Positions 36,677-46,161 of a DNA stretch of 64,000 bases are shown here, in pieces. The translations under genes were made by a program, and so were the position numbers. A model generated the notes under the pieces. That model ran no database searches and had not been told where the DNA came from. It saw only the letters and a list, made by a program, of their open reading frames with translations. Positions within the stretch are counted from its first letter, which is position 1; each line of letters starts with the position of its first letter. Where the stretch lies: assembly GCA_964223495.1 (NCBI GenBank), contig CAXQGL010000056.1, forward strand, positions 13,887 to 77,886, in the 5' to 3' direction. This DNA comes from Nitrosopumilus sp. (GTDB taxonomy: Bacteria; Bacteroidota; Bacteroidia; Flavobacteriales_D; Sanyastnellaceae).

Positions 36677-37732
36677 TCAGTCTTTTACGAACGGGTAGTC
36701 GGGCGTCACATAGACGTCCTCGTACAACTCGTGCTTCTCGGGGAGGGGACTCTCCTCAGCGAATGTAATGGCATCCTCCACGATGGTCTTGACCTCCTTG
36801 TCGACTTCCTTCAACTGCGCTTCGTTCATCCAACCCTGCTCCACCAGCACCTTGGCGCAGTGGGCAATGGGATCGCGCTGCTGAAATTCTTCCACCTCGT
36901 CCTTGGTGCGGTACTTCTGGGGATCACTCATGGAGTGGCCCTTATAGCGGTAGGTCTGGATGTCGAGCAGGTAGGGGCCCTCGCCCTTGCGGCAGTGGTC
37001 GGCTGCCCGCTTCATGGCATCGGCGACCGCTTCCGGGGACATGCCATCCACGGACTCCGCAGGCATTTCGTAGGAAGCTCCAAGCTTGGAAAGGTCCGTG
37101 ACGTTGGTGGTGCGCTCCACGGACGTCCCCATGGCGTACTTGTTGTTCTCCACCACATAGATCACGGGCAACTTCCATGTCATGGCCATATTGAACGTCT
37201 CGTGCAGCATGCCCTGGCGCGCAGCACCATCACCGAAGAAACAGACGGTGACATGATCCTCCTTGCGGTATTTGTCCGCAAAGGCGATGCCGGCCCCCAG
37301 GCCGATCTGTCCACCCACGATGCCGTGGCCACCGAACAGGTTCCGCTCCTTATCGAACATGTGCATAGAGCCTCCCTTGCCCTTGCTCGAACCCGTGCGC
37401 TTCCCATACAGCTCGGCCATCACCACCTTGGGGTCGGTACCCAGTGCCAAAGGATGGGCGTGGTCCCGGTAGGCCGTGATCACGCGATCCGTGGGGCGGA
37501 TGGCTTCCACCATGCCTGCAAGCACGGCCTCCTGGCCGATGTACAGATGGCAGAATCCGCCGAATTTCTGCTGGATGTAGAGGTGTCCGCAACGCTCCTC
37601 GAAGCGGCGCATGAGCAGCATATCGCGGTGCCACTTCACATACGTGGCTTTCGGGAAGGCGGGCTTGGACGGCTTTCCGGCCGATGATTTACCCTTTCGT
37701 GTCGCCTTTTTGGCAGGCGTAGTGGTCGTCAT
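36677..37732 (-). CDS. pdhA: Pyruvate dehydrogenase E1 component alpha subunit
   Basis: ORF 36677..37933 trimmed to ATG 37732. ThDP motif FFGDGAARQGMLHETFNMA...VENNKYAMGTS. It sits directly upstream of E2. Confidence 0.88.
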   Translation of the reverse strand: MTTTTPAKKATRKGKSSAGKPSKPAFPKATYVKWHRDMLLMRRFEERCGHLYIQQKFGGFCHLYIGQEAVLAGMVEAIRPTDRVITAYRDHAHPLALGTDPKVVMAELYGKRTGSSKGKGGSMHMFDKERNLFGGHGIVGGQIGLGAGIAFADKYRKEDHVTVCFFGDGAARQGMLHETFNMAMTWKLPVIYVVENNKYAMGTSVERTTNVTDLSKLGASYEMPAESVDGMSPEAVADAMKRAADHCRKGEGPYLLDIQTYRYKGHSMSDPQKYRTKDEVEEFQQRDPIAHCAKVLVEQGWMNEAQLKEVDKEVKTIVEDAITFAEESPLPEKHELYEDVYVTPDYPFVKD

Positions 37733-37787
37733 GATGCCTGAATTGCAAGAAGCAAATATAGTTCCGGATGACGGGCCCGCAGGCACC

Positions 37788-38270
37788 TCAACGGCCCAAC
37801 AGGACCACCGCATGGGCGCTGATGCCCTCACCCGTACCGACAAACCCCAGCCGCTCCGTGGTCGTGGCCTTGATTCCCACGCAATCCAGGGATATTCCGA
37901 GCAACCCTGCCATGCATTCGCGCATGCCGTCAATGTGCGGCCTCAATTTCGGGGCCTGAAGACAGATGGTGGCGTCCACATTGACCACGCTCCAACCTTC
38001 CGTGCACACCTTGGCCACGGTTTCCCTGAGGAGGATTTTGCTGTCAATGCCCTTGTAGGCCGGGTCCGTATCCGGGAAATGTGCGCCAATGTCCCCCATG
38101 GCCCGAGCGCCGAACAAGGCATCACACACCACGTGAAGCAGCACATCCGCGTCGCTGTGGCCCACCGCGCCCACCTCCGAGGGAACCAGGATGCCGCCCA
38201 ACCACAGCTCCTCCCCGGCGGCCAACTGGTGCACGTCGTAACCGTATCCTATGCGGAGGTCCGTCATCAA
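37788..38270 (-). CDS. ispF: 2-C-methyl-D-erythritol 2,4-cyclodiphosphate synthase
   Basis: IGYGYDVHQL and GHSDADVLLHVVCDAL. Confidence 0.92.
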   Translation of the reverse strand: MMTDLRIGYGYDVHQLAAGEELWLGGILVPSEVGAVGHSDADVLLHVVCDALFGARAMGDIGAHFPDTDPAYKGIDSKILLRETVAKVCTEGWSVVNVDATICLQAPKLRPHIDGMRECMAGLLGISLDCVGIKATTTERLGFVGTGEGISAHAVVLLGR

Positions 38271-38279
38271 CTGACGCCG

Positions 38280-39551
38280 TCAGAAATTGGAGGGGTCGTC
38301 ATCGTCCCCTCCACCGATGACATCGTCAAAGGCCAGGCGCAATGAGAACCTCAGCGTATTGGCGAGCGGGTTCTGCTGGGTGGTCGCGATCAGATAGCTG
38401 AGGTCGATGTCGAGCACCGTGTACTTGATTCCGGCTCCGAGCGTGATGAACTGACGGTTGCCCTTCGTGAAGTGCTCGTAGAAATACCCGCCGCGCACCG
38501 CGAAAACGCCGTTGTAGTCGTACTCGATGCCCCCCCCGAGGTTGATTTCCCTGAGCTCCTCACGCAGAATGCTGCCGGGTTCAATCAGATAGGTGCCGTC
38601 ACCTTGGCGCTCGACGATGCCCGGGGCGTCATAGAAGCTCTGCAGGATGCCTGAAGCCACACCTACATTCGGGTCGTATCCGCTGACGATGATGTCGTCG
38701 TCATCGCCTTCACCGTAGGCCGGCGCAGTGGGAACCAACAACTTGTTGGCGTCCAGGGTGAAGGTCAGGTCATTGAAATCGTCGAGGAAGATGGTGGCAG
38801 CGGCCCCCGCCTTCAGGTTGGTCGGAATGAAATCGCGCTCCGCGGTCTCCGTGTAGCTCATCTTGGCGCCCACATTCGAGACGCATACACCCCAGTTCAT
38901 GCGGCCATCCCGTTCCCCGAACTTGACATCGTCATTCGTGTGGAACACCCCCACATCCACGGCGACGCTTCGTCCCGGACGGCTGTCGGCCCCGAGAATA
39001 TTGGTGCCGCCGGTGAGATTGGAGTGGATGTAACGCGTGGTGAATCCTCCGCTGAATCGGTCACCGAACTTCTGGGAGAAACCAAAGTCGAGTGAAAATT
39101 CGTTCGGGCTGAAGTCGCGGATGGCCGTGCCATTGACATCCGTGAACGTGATGTTGCCCAAGGAGAAATAACGCAGGGCCATGCCCACCGCCTGGCGCTT
39201 GTTGAGCTTTCTGGTGCCACTGAGGTAGGCCAGGGACATGTCGTCGACCAATTGCCTCAGCCAAGGAGCATAACCCATGTGCGCCTCGAAGGTCTGGTCC
39301 GTGAAGGCCATGCGCGCGGGGTTCCAAGCCATCGCCGTACCGTCCGGAGTCAGCGCCACGCCGGCATCGCCGAGCGCACCGCTCCGGCTGTCCGGCGCAA
39401 TCATCAGGAACGGCACCGCCGTCGTGATGGTGTTCAATTGGAGCTGTTCGGCCGTCTCGATCTGCGTCAATTGGGCCTTGAGCGCCTGTGGCGACAAGGC
39501 AAAGGCACCGATGAAAAGGGCCATGTGGATGGGAAAATTCCTGAAATCCAT
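38280..39551 (-). CDS. porV: Type IX secretion system outer-membrane shuttle/channel protein PorV
   Basis: FLMIAPDSRSGALGDAGVALTPD is the hallmark PorV N-terminal motif. The rest is beta-barrel-like with a terminal F. The track start (39596) is GTG; I prefer ATG 39551. Confidence 0.82.
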   Translation of the reverse strand: MDFRNFPIHMALFIGAFALSPQALKAQLTQIETAEQLQLNTITTAVPFLMIAPDSRSGALGDAGVALTPDGTAMAWNPARMAFTDQTFEAHMGYAPWLRQLVDDMSLAYLSGTRKLNKRQAVGMALRYFSLGNITFTDVNGTAIRDFSPNEFSLDFGFSQKFGDRFSGGFTTRYIHSNLTGGTNILGADSRPGRSVAVDVGVFHTNDDVKFGERDGRMNWGVCVSNVGAKMSYTETAERDFIPTNLKAGAAATIFLDDFNDLTFTLDANKLLVPTAPAYGEGDDDDIIVSGYDPNVGVASGILQSFYDAPGIVERQGDGTYLIEPGSILREELREINLGGGIEYDYNGVFAVRGGYFYEHFTKGNRQFITLGAGIKYTVLDIDLSYLIATTQQNPLANTLRFSLRLAFDDVIGGGDDDDPSNF

Positions 39552-39592
39552 GGGTGTGGGCGAAAGTACTACGAGCGTGCGGATATAATGGT

Positions 39593-42500
39593 TCACTCAA
39601 GCAGAACGAGCCGCCCCGTCTTGGTGGCCTGCCTGCCTTCCGGCGTGGCCACTTCGAGCCGGTAGAGGTAGATGCCTGCACCCAGTGGAGTCCCTTGCGG
39701 GGATCTGCCATCCCAATGCCACCCATCCACCCGGTAACCGGTGGGCGTTTCATTCCGCTCACCCACCCAAACGGCGTTTCCGCGTCCATCGTATATGGAC
39801 AGCCTCAATTCCAGCGATACGCAGGCCTGATTGTGCTCGAACCTGAATGTGGTTCCCCCGGATCCCAAGGGGTTGGGGTAGTTGATCAACCCGTCGAGAA
39901 AAACCTGCAATTCCTCGACCACCACGAAATCCAGACCCGCGGATGCGCTGTTGTTGTGCACATCCCATGCCTTGAGCTCCAATCTGTGCGGGCCGGCAGG
40001 GATATCGCTCATCGGGAAGACCACGCGTCCACTCTGATAGGTATCGAGGTCGCTTTGGTAGTACTCGTTGAGCACGGTACCGTCCCCATTGTCGAGCACC
40101 ATCTTCAGGTCGTGACCAATGCAGTTGCCGACGGTATTGAGGCCCTGGTCATCCCGGAGGAAAGCCAACAGGACCGGGCGGGAATCTGTGGTTCCTCCCG
40201 AAATGAAAGTGGTGTCGTTGAGGTAGAGCTCTATTGAGGGGCCGCTGTCGTCCGCCAGGGCATCCGGATTGACACCCCCGATGACGATGTTCTCCGTGTA
40301 CCCGTGGGCATCCACATCTCCATCCACGGCATAGTAACTGATCCGACCCGGTGCTGGATCGTAGGAGATGTCACGCGGCACGACGAATTCGAATTCGAAA
40401 ACCCCACCTTCCGCCGACACGGCCCCTGTATGGATGCGGTTCCGCCACTCACTGTAACTGACCCCGGAAGACCCCCCGTCATTGTTGAGGGTCGTCACAT
40501 TGGACTTCTGGTCATACACCGTAGGATAGACGAAACCATTGAAATCGGTGAGGACATTGCCCGCCGGATCCGATATGTAGCCCTTCACCGTGACGTGTTC
40601 CAATGCGCTCAGTGTATCCGCCCAAGCATCGATGGGGATGCCGTTGACCTCACTGGTCCGGACCTCCATGCCCGGCGTGGCAAGCGTCAGGGCCACATCG
40701 CCGAGCAGGGTGAAGTTGCGCTTGTTGGAAGAGGCCCCGGCAGCGGGGTCATTCTTGGTGCGACGGAGGATGTCCCCAAGCCGCTGCTTGCCGCCCGGGG
40801 GCGCGTCAAAGGCCACGTTGAAGAAGGCGGTGTTCAATTGCTCGTTGGCATAGCTGTACACCACACGCGTCGTGGTCATCATGGCGATGGCCCCGCCATT
40901 GGGGTTCATCACCATCATCTCCCCCGCCGTTTCCAGTTCAGGATCATCGAACCGCGCCAACTCGCACGTGGCGGTGAAGAACAGGGGCATCCGGTCCAGA
41001 TTGTCCCAGGCACCGATGGTCGAGGTGCTGAGTACCCTCTCGTGGGCCCAACCACGTTCACCGCCGTGGCCGATGTCGTTGATGAGCAAGGCACCCTCCC
41101 TCACTTGACGGTCTATGGCTTCTTCGACCTCGGGATAACGCTCTCCCCCCGGTGTGGCCACCTGGGGATAGGCATCCATGAAAATCCTGCGGATGTCGTA
41201 CGCACCGTGTTCCTCCTCGAGGGTGTTGGCATGGCCGATGCTGTACAGGGTATGACCGGTTTCGGTCGCCCCGCCGCTTCCATCGAAGTCATCCGCCACG
41301 AAACAGACCCGGTTGCGCCAAGGTCCATAGGGATTGCCCTGTTCGGCTCCGGGCAATCCAGCGGTCAGGCACGCCGCACCTTCGGGGTCGGGATTGCGGC
41401 TGAGGTAGGCCGATACCTTGGCCACGGCATTCCAGGCTTCCGTGAGCGATCCCGCGGGAATCCGACCCACACCGATGGACAGGGTGTCCGTCAGGCGCTC
41501 GGAGGCCACATCCGACAGAAACCCGAAGTAGTCATCGGTCACATAACTCTGGGTGGGGGTGTGGCTCTGTGAACTCTGGAATGAGACCAGCAGATTTCCG
41601 AACCGGGGCAGATTGCGGTTGAGATAGGTTCCATCTCCGAAGAGCTGCAGATAACGCGGCTCGTCTTCGTCGTTGCCTCCGGCACGGTCGTGCAGCATCT
41701 TCATCAGCATCTTGAATGCCGTGGGATCCACTCGGCCGGATGAAAAGCAGTCGTAGATGAACGAAGGCTCGAGCACCGCCACGTCCAAACCTTCGGCATG
41801 GTGGATGGCCGCGAGGCTGTCGGCCGCTTCCCGGAGACCGGGCGGCGTGATCACGACGAGGTCCACTTGGGGAATCCCGTGGACATCGGTATTCTGCACT
41901 GGGCCCATGGGCGCAGGCGTATAGAAACCGGAACCCGTGCCCAGGCGGAAGGTCCTCAAGGAGTCATAGGTCACTCGGAAACGCGCTTCACCTCCTTCGA
42001 CAGTGAACGGCACTGCGAATGGGGCCTGAGGGTCCGTGACGTCCCAAACACGCTGCACTGAATTGGCTTCGGCGATGGCCCACTCTACGATGCGCCCGGG
42101 GGCAACCGCTCCAGCACGCTGAAACTCCTGCTGGGTGCCTCCCGACATCGAAGCTTCCCGCGTGCCCATGATGCGCACATAGTCCAGCCACCCCTTCGCG
42201 TCCGCCACCTGCGCATCGAGGGTGATGCCGACCTGCACGATTTCAGAAACGGGCTGCCACTCCCAACTCCCGATGCCCACCTGGGCTTGGGGCACGTGGG
42301 ATTGTGAGCCGGTCACCGCCGGGGCAATGGTCCACGCACTGTCACCGAGCGAGACCGTGTATGGGCTGACCGCTCCGACCGAACGCCCCATGAGTCTGAC
42401 CTCCAACCGGGCGGGATCATCGGTGATGTCGGGAACCTGGAATGGGATGGTGTGCGTCGGATTCTGGTCGAAGATTTCCCCGAAGAAGTTTCGGCCGGAA

Positions 42501-43129
42501 CGGATGATGGTCGATTGCTCGAGCTCGTGAAAAAGGTGAAAATCGGTGCGGCTCAGCACGGTATCGAGGTCGCCTGCCATGGTCGGTGCCGTCTCGATGC
42601 GCAAAGGCGCCGAGTCATCCACCCGCAAGAAATACCATGCGGTATCCGACCAGGGGTTCAACGCATGGCGCCAGTCTTCAGTGACGTCATCGTAGGTCCA
42701 TTCCTCCGGCCCGTCTCCCATGAAGATGAAATGGTCGTTGCCGTCGAACTGGCCGTCACCATCGTCCACCATTTCAATGGGCACCGGGACGAGGTCGAGT
42801 GGCCTTGGAACGGCATTGTCGATGGGAAGCGCATCTCCACCGTGTCCGTAAAGGTTCAGCTGCTCAGGATTCACACTTTCCGGGTCCAGACCGAGTGCGG
42901 ACAGCAGGTCGGTGTCCACGCGGTGGAATCCGGAGCGGACGGTGGCGATCCGGTACCATTGGCCTTCGGACAATGCGGAATGTGCGGGCCAGTCGTACTC
43001 GAATTGGGCGGTCAAGTCGCCCTTGAGGATCAAAAGGAAACCCAGGAGCACAGCTGTCCGTAAAGGAAGACGCAATGGCTTTGCGACCTTACAAGGCAAC
43101 GATTTTGCTTGCCACATCGTTTGGGTCAT
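39593..43129 (-). CDS. porU: Type IX secretion system sortase PorU (C25/gingipain-like peptidase)
   Basis: GQWYRIATVRSGFHRVD...LNLYGHGGDALP...FDGNDHFIFMGDGPEEW is the PorU N-terminal pattern. There is a peptidase C25-like core and its own CTD-like end (GIYLYRLEVATPEGRQATKTGRLVLLE). The start is ATG 43129 or 43117. Confidence 0.85.
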   Translation of the reverse strand: MTQTMWQAKSLPCKVAKPLRLPLRTAVLLGFLLILKGDLTAQFEYDWPAHSALSEGQWYRIATVRSGFHRVDTDLLSALGLDPESVNPEQLNLYGHGGDALPIDNAVPRPLDLVPVPIEMVDDGDGQFDGNDHFIFMGDGPEEWTYDDVTEDWRHALNPWSDTAWYFLRVDDSAPLRIETAPTMAGDLDTVLSRTDFHLFHELEQSTIIRSGRNFFGEIFDQNPTHTIPFQVPDITDDPARLEVRLMGRSVGAVSPYTVSLGDSAWTIAPAVTGSQSHVPQAQVGIGSWEWQPVSEIVQVGITLDAQVADAKGWLDYVRIMGTREASMSGGTQQEFQRAGAVAPGRIVEWAIAEANSVQRVWDVTDPQAPFAVPFTVEGGEARFRVTYDSLRTFRLGTGSGFYTPAPMGPVQNTDVHGIPQVDLVVITPPGLREAADSLAAIHHAEGLDVAVLEPSFIYDCFSSGRVDPTAFKMLMKMLHDRAGGNDEDEPRYLQLFGDGTYLNRNLPRFGNLLVSFQSSQSHTPTQSYVTDDYFGFLSDVASERLTDTLSIGVGRIPAGSLTEAWNAVAKVSAYLSRNPDPEGAACLTAGLPGAEQGNPYGPWRNRVCFVADDFDGSGGATETGHTLYSIGHANTLEEEHGAYDIRRIFMDAYPQVATPGGERYPEVEEAIDRQVREGALLINDIGHGGERGWAHERVLSTSTIGAWDNLDRMPLFFTATCELARFDDPELETAGEMMVMNPNGGAIAMMTTTRVVYSYANEQLNTAFFNVAFDAPPGGKQRLGDILRRTKNDPAAGASSNKRNFTLLGDVALTLATPGMEVRTSEVNGIPIDAWADTLSALEHVTVKGYISDPAGNVLTDFNGFVYPTVYDQKSNVTTLNNDGGSSGVSYSEWRNRIHTGAVSAEGGVFEFEFVVPRDISYDPAPGRISYYAVDGDVDAHGYTENIVIGGVNPDALADDSGPSIELYLNDTTFISGGTTDSRPVLLAFLRDDQGLNTVGNCIGHDLKMVLDNGDGTVLNEYYQSDLDTYQSGRVVFPMSDIPAGPHRLELKAWDVHNNSASAGLDFVVVEELQVFLDGLINYPNPLGSGGTTFRFEHNQACVSLELRLSIYDGRGNAVWVGERNETPTGYRVDGWHWDGRSPQGTPLGAGIYLYRLEVATPEGRQATKTGRLVLLE

Positions 43130-43266
43130 GGGAATCGTCGAAATTGCTCGCTGCGACAACGTCAAGCCTGGCGTGTTTGTTGCTTCAAGGCAAAGATGTT
43201 CGGCAATTCCCACAAGTTTGTAATTTTCACGTTCTTATACGGGGGACCTTGTACCCCGGAAACTGC

Positions 43267-44298
43267 ATGGCCATGAAGCTCCAACAGCCCAACCGCAACG
43301 CGGCATTCCGCGCCTTCGGCATTCCCGTCGTAGCGCTCGTGATGGCGTGCCTCGGCACCATGACGCCGGAAAAAGCGTCGGCGCAGGACCCGGAATTCAC
43401 GCAATTCTATTCCAATCCGGTCTATCTGAACCCGGCATTCGCCGGCGCCGCCCGTTGTCCCAGGTTCGTCATGAACTACAGGAACCAGTGGCCCGCGATG
43501 AGCGGAAACTATGTGACTTCAGCAGCGGCTTACGACCAGCACATCCCCAGCATTTCGGGGGGCCTCGGTTTCATCGTGATGAACGACCGCGCCGGACGCG
43601 GTACGCTGAGCACCACCCGCCTGAGCGGCATCTACAGCTACCAACAGGCCATCAGCCGGAAATTCTCCATCAAGGCGGGCTTCGAGGCCACCTATTTCCA
43701 AAAAGCCTTGGATTGGAGCCAACTCACCTTTGGCGACATGATTGACCCGCGCAAGGGCTTCATCTATGAGACCCAGGACCAACCGCGTGGAGGCAAGGTG
43801 AGCCAAGTTGATTTCAGCGCCGGGATTGTGGGCTTCAGCAAGAAGATCTACTTCGGATTTGCTGCGCACCACCTCAACGAGCCCAACGAGAGTCTGGTCG
43901 TTGGCGTCAGCCGTCTGCCGATGAAGCTGACCGCGCACTTCGGTGCCCTGCTGCCGCTCGATGGCGACGCGCGTTACGCGAGCGCCTTCATTTCTCCGAA
44001 CATCCTTTACCGCCGCCAAGGAGAATTCCAACAGCTCAACTTCGGGGGGTACGTGAGCAAGGGGCCGATCGTGGGAGGCATCTGGTACCGCGGCATCCTC
44101 GGTACCCAATATCGCGACGCGTTCATCGTTACGTTGGGTATACAATCCGATGTGATCAAGTTCGGCTACAGCTATGACGTCACCGTGTCCGACCTCACTC
44201 CCGCCACAGGCGGATCCCATGAGGTCAGCATGTCATTGAATTTCGATTGTCGCGCCAAGCGCATCAAATTCCGGAGCCCACCCTGTCCCGGATTCTGA
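43267..44298 (+). CDS. PorP/SprF-family T9SS outer-membrane protein
   Basis: Trimmed to ATG 43267. After the signal peptide comes AQDPEFTQFYSNPVYLNPAFAG, the family signature. Confidence 0.8.
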   Translation: MAMKLQQPNRNAAFRAFGIPVVALVMACLGTMTPEKASAQDPEFTQFYSNPVYLNPAFAGAARCPRFVMNYRNQWPAMSGNYVTSAAAYDQHIPSISGGLGFIVMNDRAGRGTLSTTRLSGIYSYQQAISRKFSIKAGFEATYFQKALDWSQLTFGDMIDPRKGFIYETQDQPRGGKVSQVDFSAGIVGFSKKIYFGFAAHHLNEPNESLVVGVSRLPMKLTAHFGALLPLDGDARYASAFISPNILYRRQGEFQQLNFGGYVSKGPIVGGIWYRGILGTQYRDAFIVTLGIQSDVIKFGYSYDVTVSDLTPATGGSHEVSMSLNFDCRAKRIKFRSPPCPGF

Positions 44299-44332
44299 AC
44301 CCATTCCCTGCAAGGAACCCCAATAGAAAGCG

Positions 44333-46090
44333 ATGCAGCAACTCCAATCCTTCCTCCTCCTCTGTGCCGTGGCCCTCGGCACCGCCACCCTGCTCACCTC
44401 CTGTCAAGGTGGTGCGTCCGGGTCCACAGGCTGGGCCTACAACGACTCGGAGAATGGTGGATTCCAAAAACTCCCCTACATCGGCCAGGAAACTGGTCCG
44501 GGGCTCGTCTTCGTGGAAGGTGGCACCTTCACGATGGGCCAGGTCGAGGATGACCTGACCGGGGCTTGGGACAACATTCCCCGCCGTGTCACGGTCAGTT
44601 CCTTCTACATGGATGAGGTGGAGGTGACCAACTTCTACTGGTTGGAGTACCTCTTCTGGCTCAACCGTGTCTACGGTGATGGCTTCCCTGAAATCGTCGA
44701 CAGGGCCAAGCCCGACACGCTCGTCTGGAGGGACCCCCGAGCCTACAATGAGCCCTACGTCAATTATTACCTGCGCCACCCCGCATACCGCGATTACCCC
44801 GTTGTGGGCGTGTCCTGGTTGCAGGCCAACGAATTCTGCAAGTGGCGCACGGACAGGGTGAACGAGCAGATCATGGTCCGTGAGGGCTTCCTCGTGCACA
44901 ACCCTACCGGCCAGGTGGACGACAGCTACTTCAGCACCGAGGCCTACCTCGACGGACAATACGAGGAGGCGGCCAAGGCCGCGGATGGCATCAAAGACCT
45001 GCGCCCCAATGGTGTGGGGTACCGGAACGTCGCCATGACCGATGGCATCCTGCTGCCCGACTATCGCCTTCCGACCGAAGCGGAATGGGAATATGCTGCC
45101 CTCTCGCTCATCGGAAACAGCGGTGAGGAACTCATCACGAGCCGCAGGACCTACCCCTGGGATGGTCACTATGTGCGGAATGATGACAGCCGCGGCAAGT
45201 TCTACGGTGAAATCAACGCCAACTTCGTCCGCGCCCGCGGTGACTACATGGGTGTGGCCGGCGCGCTGAACGACAATGCGGATGTCACTGCTCCCGTATA
45301 CAGCTACGCACCGAACGATTACGGCCTGTACAACATGGCGGGCAACGTCAGCGAATGGGTGATGGACGTTTACCGTCCGAGCACCTTGCAGGATGCGCAG
45401 GAATTCCGTCCCTTCCGAGGCAATGTATTCTCCACCAAGCTGCTCGACAGTGAAGGCAACGTGGCCGACAAACTCGACTACGTGGTGTACGACATCTCCA
45501 GCATCGAGGCCGAATTGACGGAGTACGAGGAGATCGCCGGTCCATCGCTGACCTCCGAGGGACAGAACCTCATCGACAACCTCAAGAACAAGATTGAGAG
45601 CGCCAACGAGGACATGAACGTGAAGCGGGTGGAAGAGGCCATGACGAAGATGGACGAGGCCCTCGATCTGATTGAGGAGAGTGAGGCGCCGTCTGCGCCG
45701 GACCTGCGCCGGACCTGGACCAGCCACATTGAAGCCACGCCGGGGGAGATGCGCTACCGCAATGTGACGCTTGAGGAGAACCTCGACCGCCGCAACTACA
45801 AGGTGGCAGACAACATCGATTACCTCGACGGTGATCTGGAAAGCTCCCTTTCCTTCGCCCAGCCTGAGTTGAGCGACCGCGATGACCTCGTCTATGAGTA
45901 CGGTGCCACATCCCTCATCAACGACAACGTGAGGGTCTACAAAGGCGGCAGCTGGAACGACCGGGTCTACTGGATCATTCCGGGTACGCGTCGATTCCTC
46001 GAAGAGGACCAGAGTTCCGCCACCATCGGATTCCGTTGCGCCATGACCAGGGTGGGTTCACCCAAGGGCAACATGATGGGCAGCGAGTAA
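44333..46090 (+). CDS. gldJ: Gliding motility / T9SS lipoprotein GldJ (FGE-sulfatase/SUMF1 fold)
   Basis: Lipobox LLTSC. GPGLVFVEGGTFTMG...VSSFYMDEVEVTN, YRVYKGGSW and RCAMT are SUMF1-like. The gldJ-murF adjacency is classical. Confidence 0.88.
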   Translation: MQQLQSFLLLCAVALGTATLLTSCQGGASGSTGWAYNDSENGGFQKLPYIGQETGPGLVFVEGGTFTMGQVEDDLTGAWDNIPRRVTVSSFYMDEVEVTNFYWLEYLFWLNRVYGDGFPEIVDRAKPDTLVWRDPRAYNEPYVNYYLRHPAYRDYPVVGVSWLQANEFCKWRTDRVNEQIMVREGFLVHNPTGQVDDSYFSTEAYLDGQYEEAAKAADGIKDLRPNGVGYRNVAMTDGILLPDYRLPTEAEWEYAALSLIGNSGEELITSRRTYPWDGHYVRNDDSRGKFYGEINANFVRARGDYMGVAGALNDNADVTAPVYSYAPNDYGLYNMAGNVSEWVMDVYRPSTLQDAQEFRPFRGNVFSTKLLDSEGNVADKLDYVVYDISSIEAELTEYEEIAGPSLTSEGQNLIDNLKNKIESANEDMNVKRVEEAMTKMDEALDLIEESEAPSAPDLRRTWTSHIEATPGEMRYRNVTLEENLDRRNYKVADNIDYLDGDLESSLSFAQPELSDRDDLVYEYGATSLINDNVRVYKGGSWNDRVYWIIPGTRRFLEEDQSSATIGFRCAMTRVGSPKGNMMGSE

Positions 46091-46112
46091 GCACCGGACA
46101 TTGTTCATTGTG

Positions 46113-46155
46113 AACCCCGCCTGGCCCCGTGCCGTGCGGGGTTCCTCTTTTTATT
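46113..46155 (+). terminator. Intrinsic terminator-like hairpin after gldJ
   Basis: 8-bp stem aaccccgc/gcggggtt with a 15-nt loop, followed by cctctttttatt. Confidence 0.5.
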
Positions 46156-46161
46156 GCAACC

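Noticed and set aside
35360-37687. Other long antisense ORFs: 35360..37687 (+), 14693..16357 (+), 44264..45727 (-), 47208..48554 (-), 5040..6512 (-), 32325..33683 (+), and the upstream part of 10939..12369 (-)
   Set aside because: Each is the codon-aligned reverse frame of a confidently identified gene (E2/pdhA, asnS, gldJ, tyrS, lpxC/fabZ, the 32223 gene, galE). Each has shadow-like composition, which is a consequence of G/C-rich third positions.
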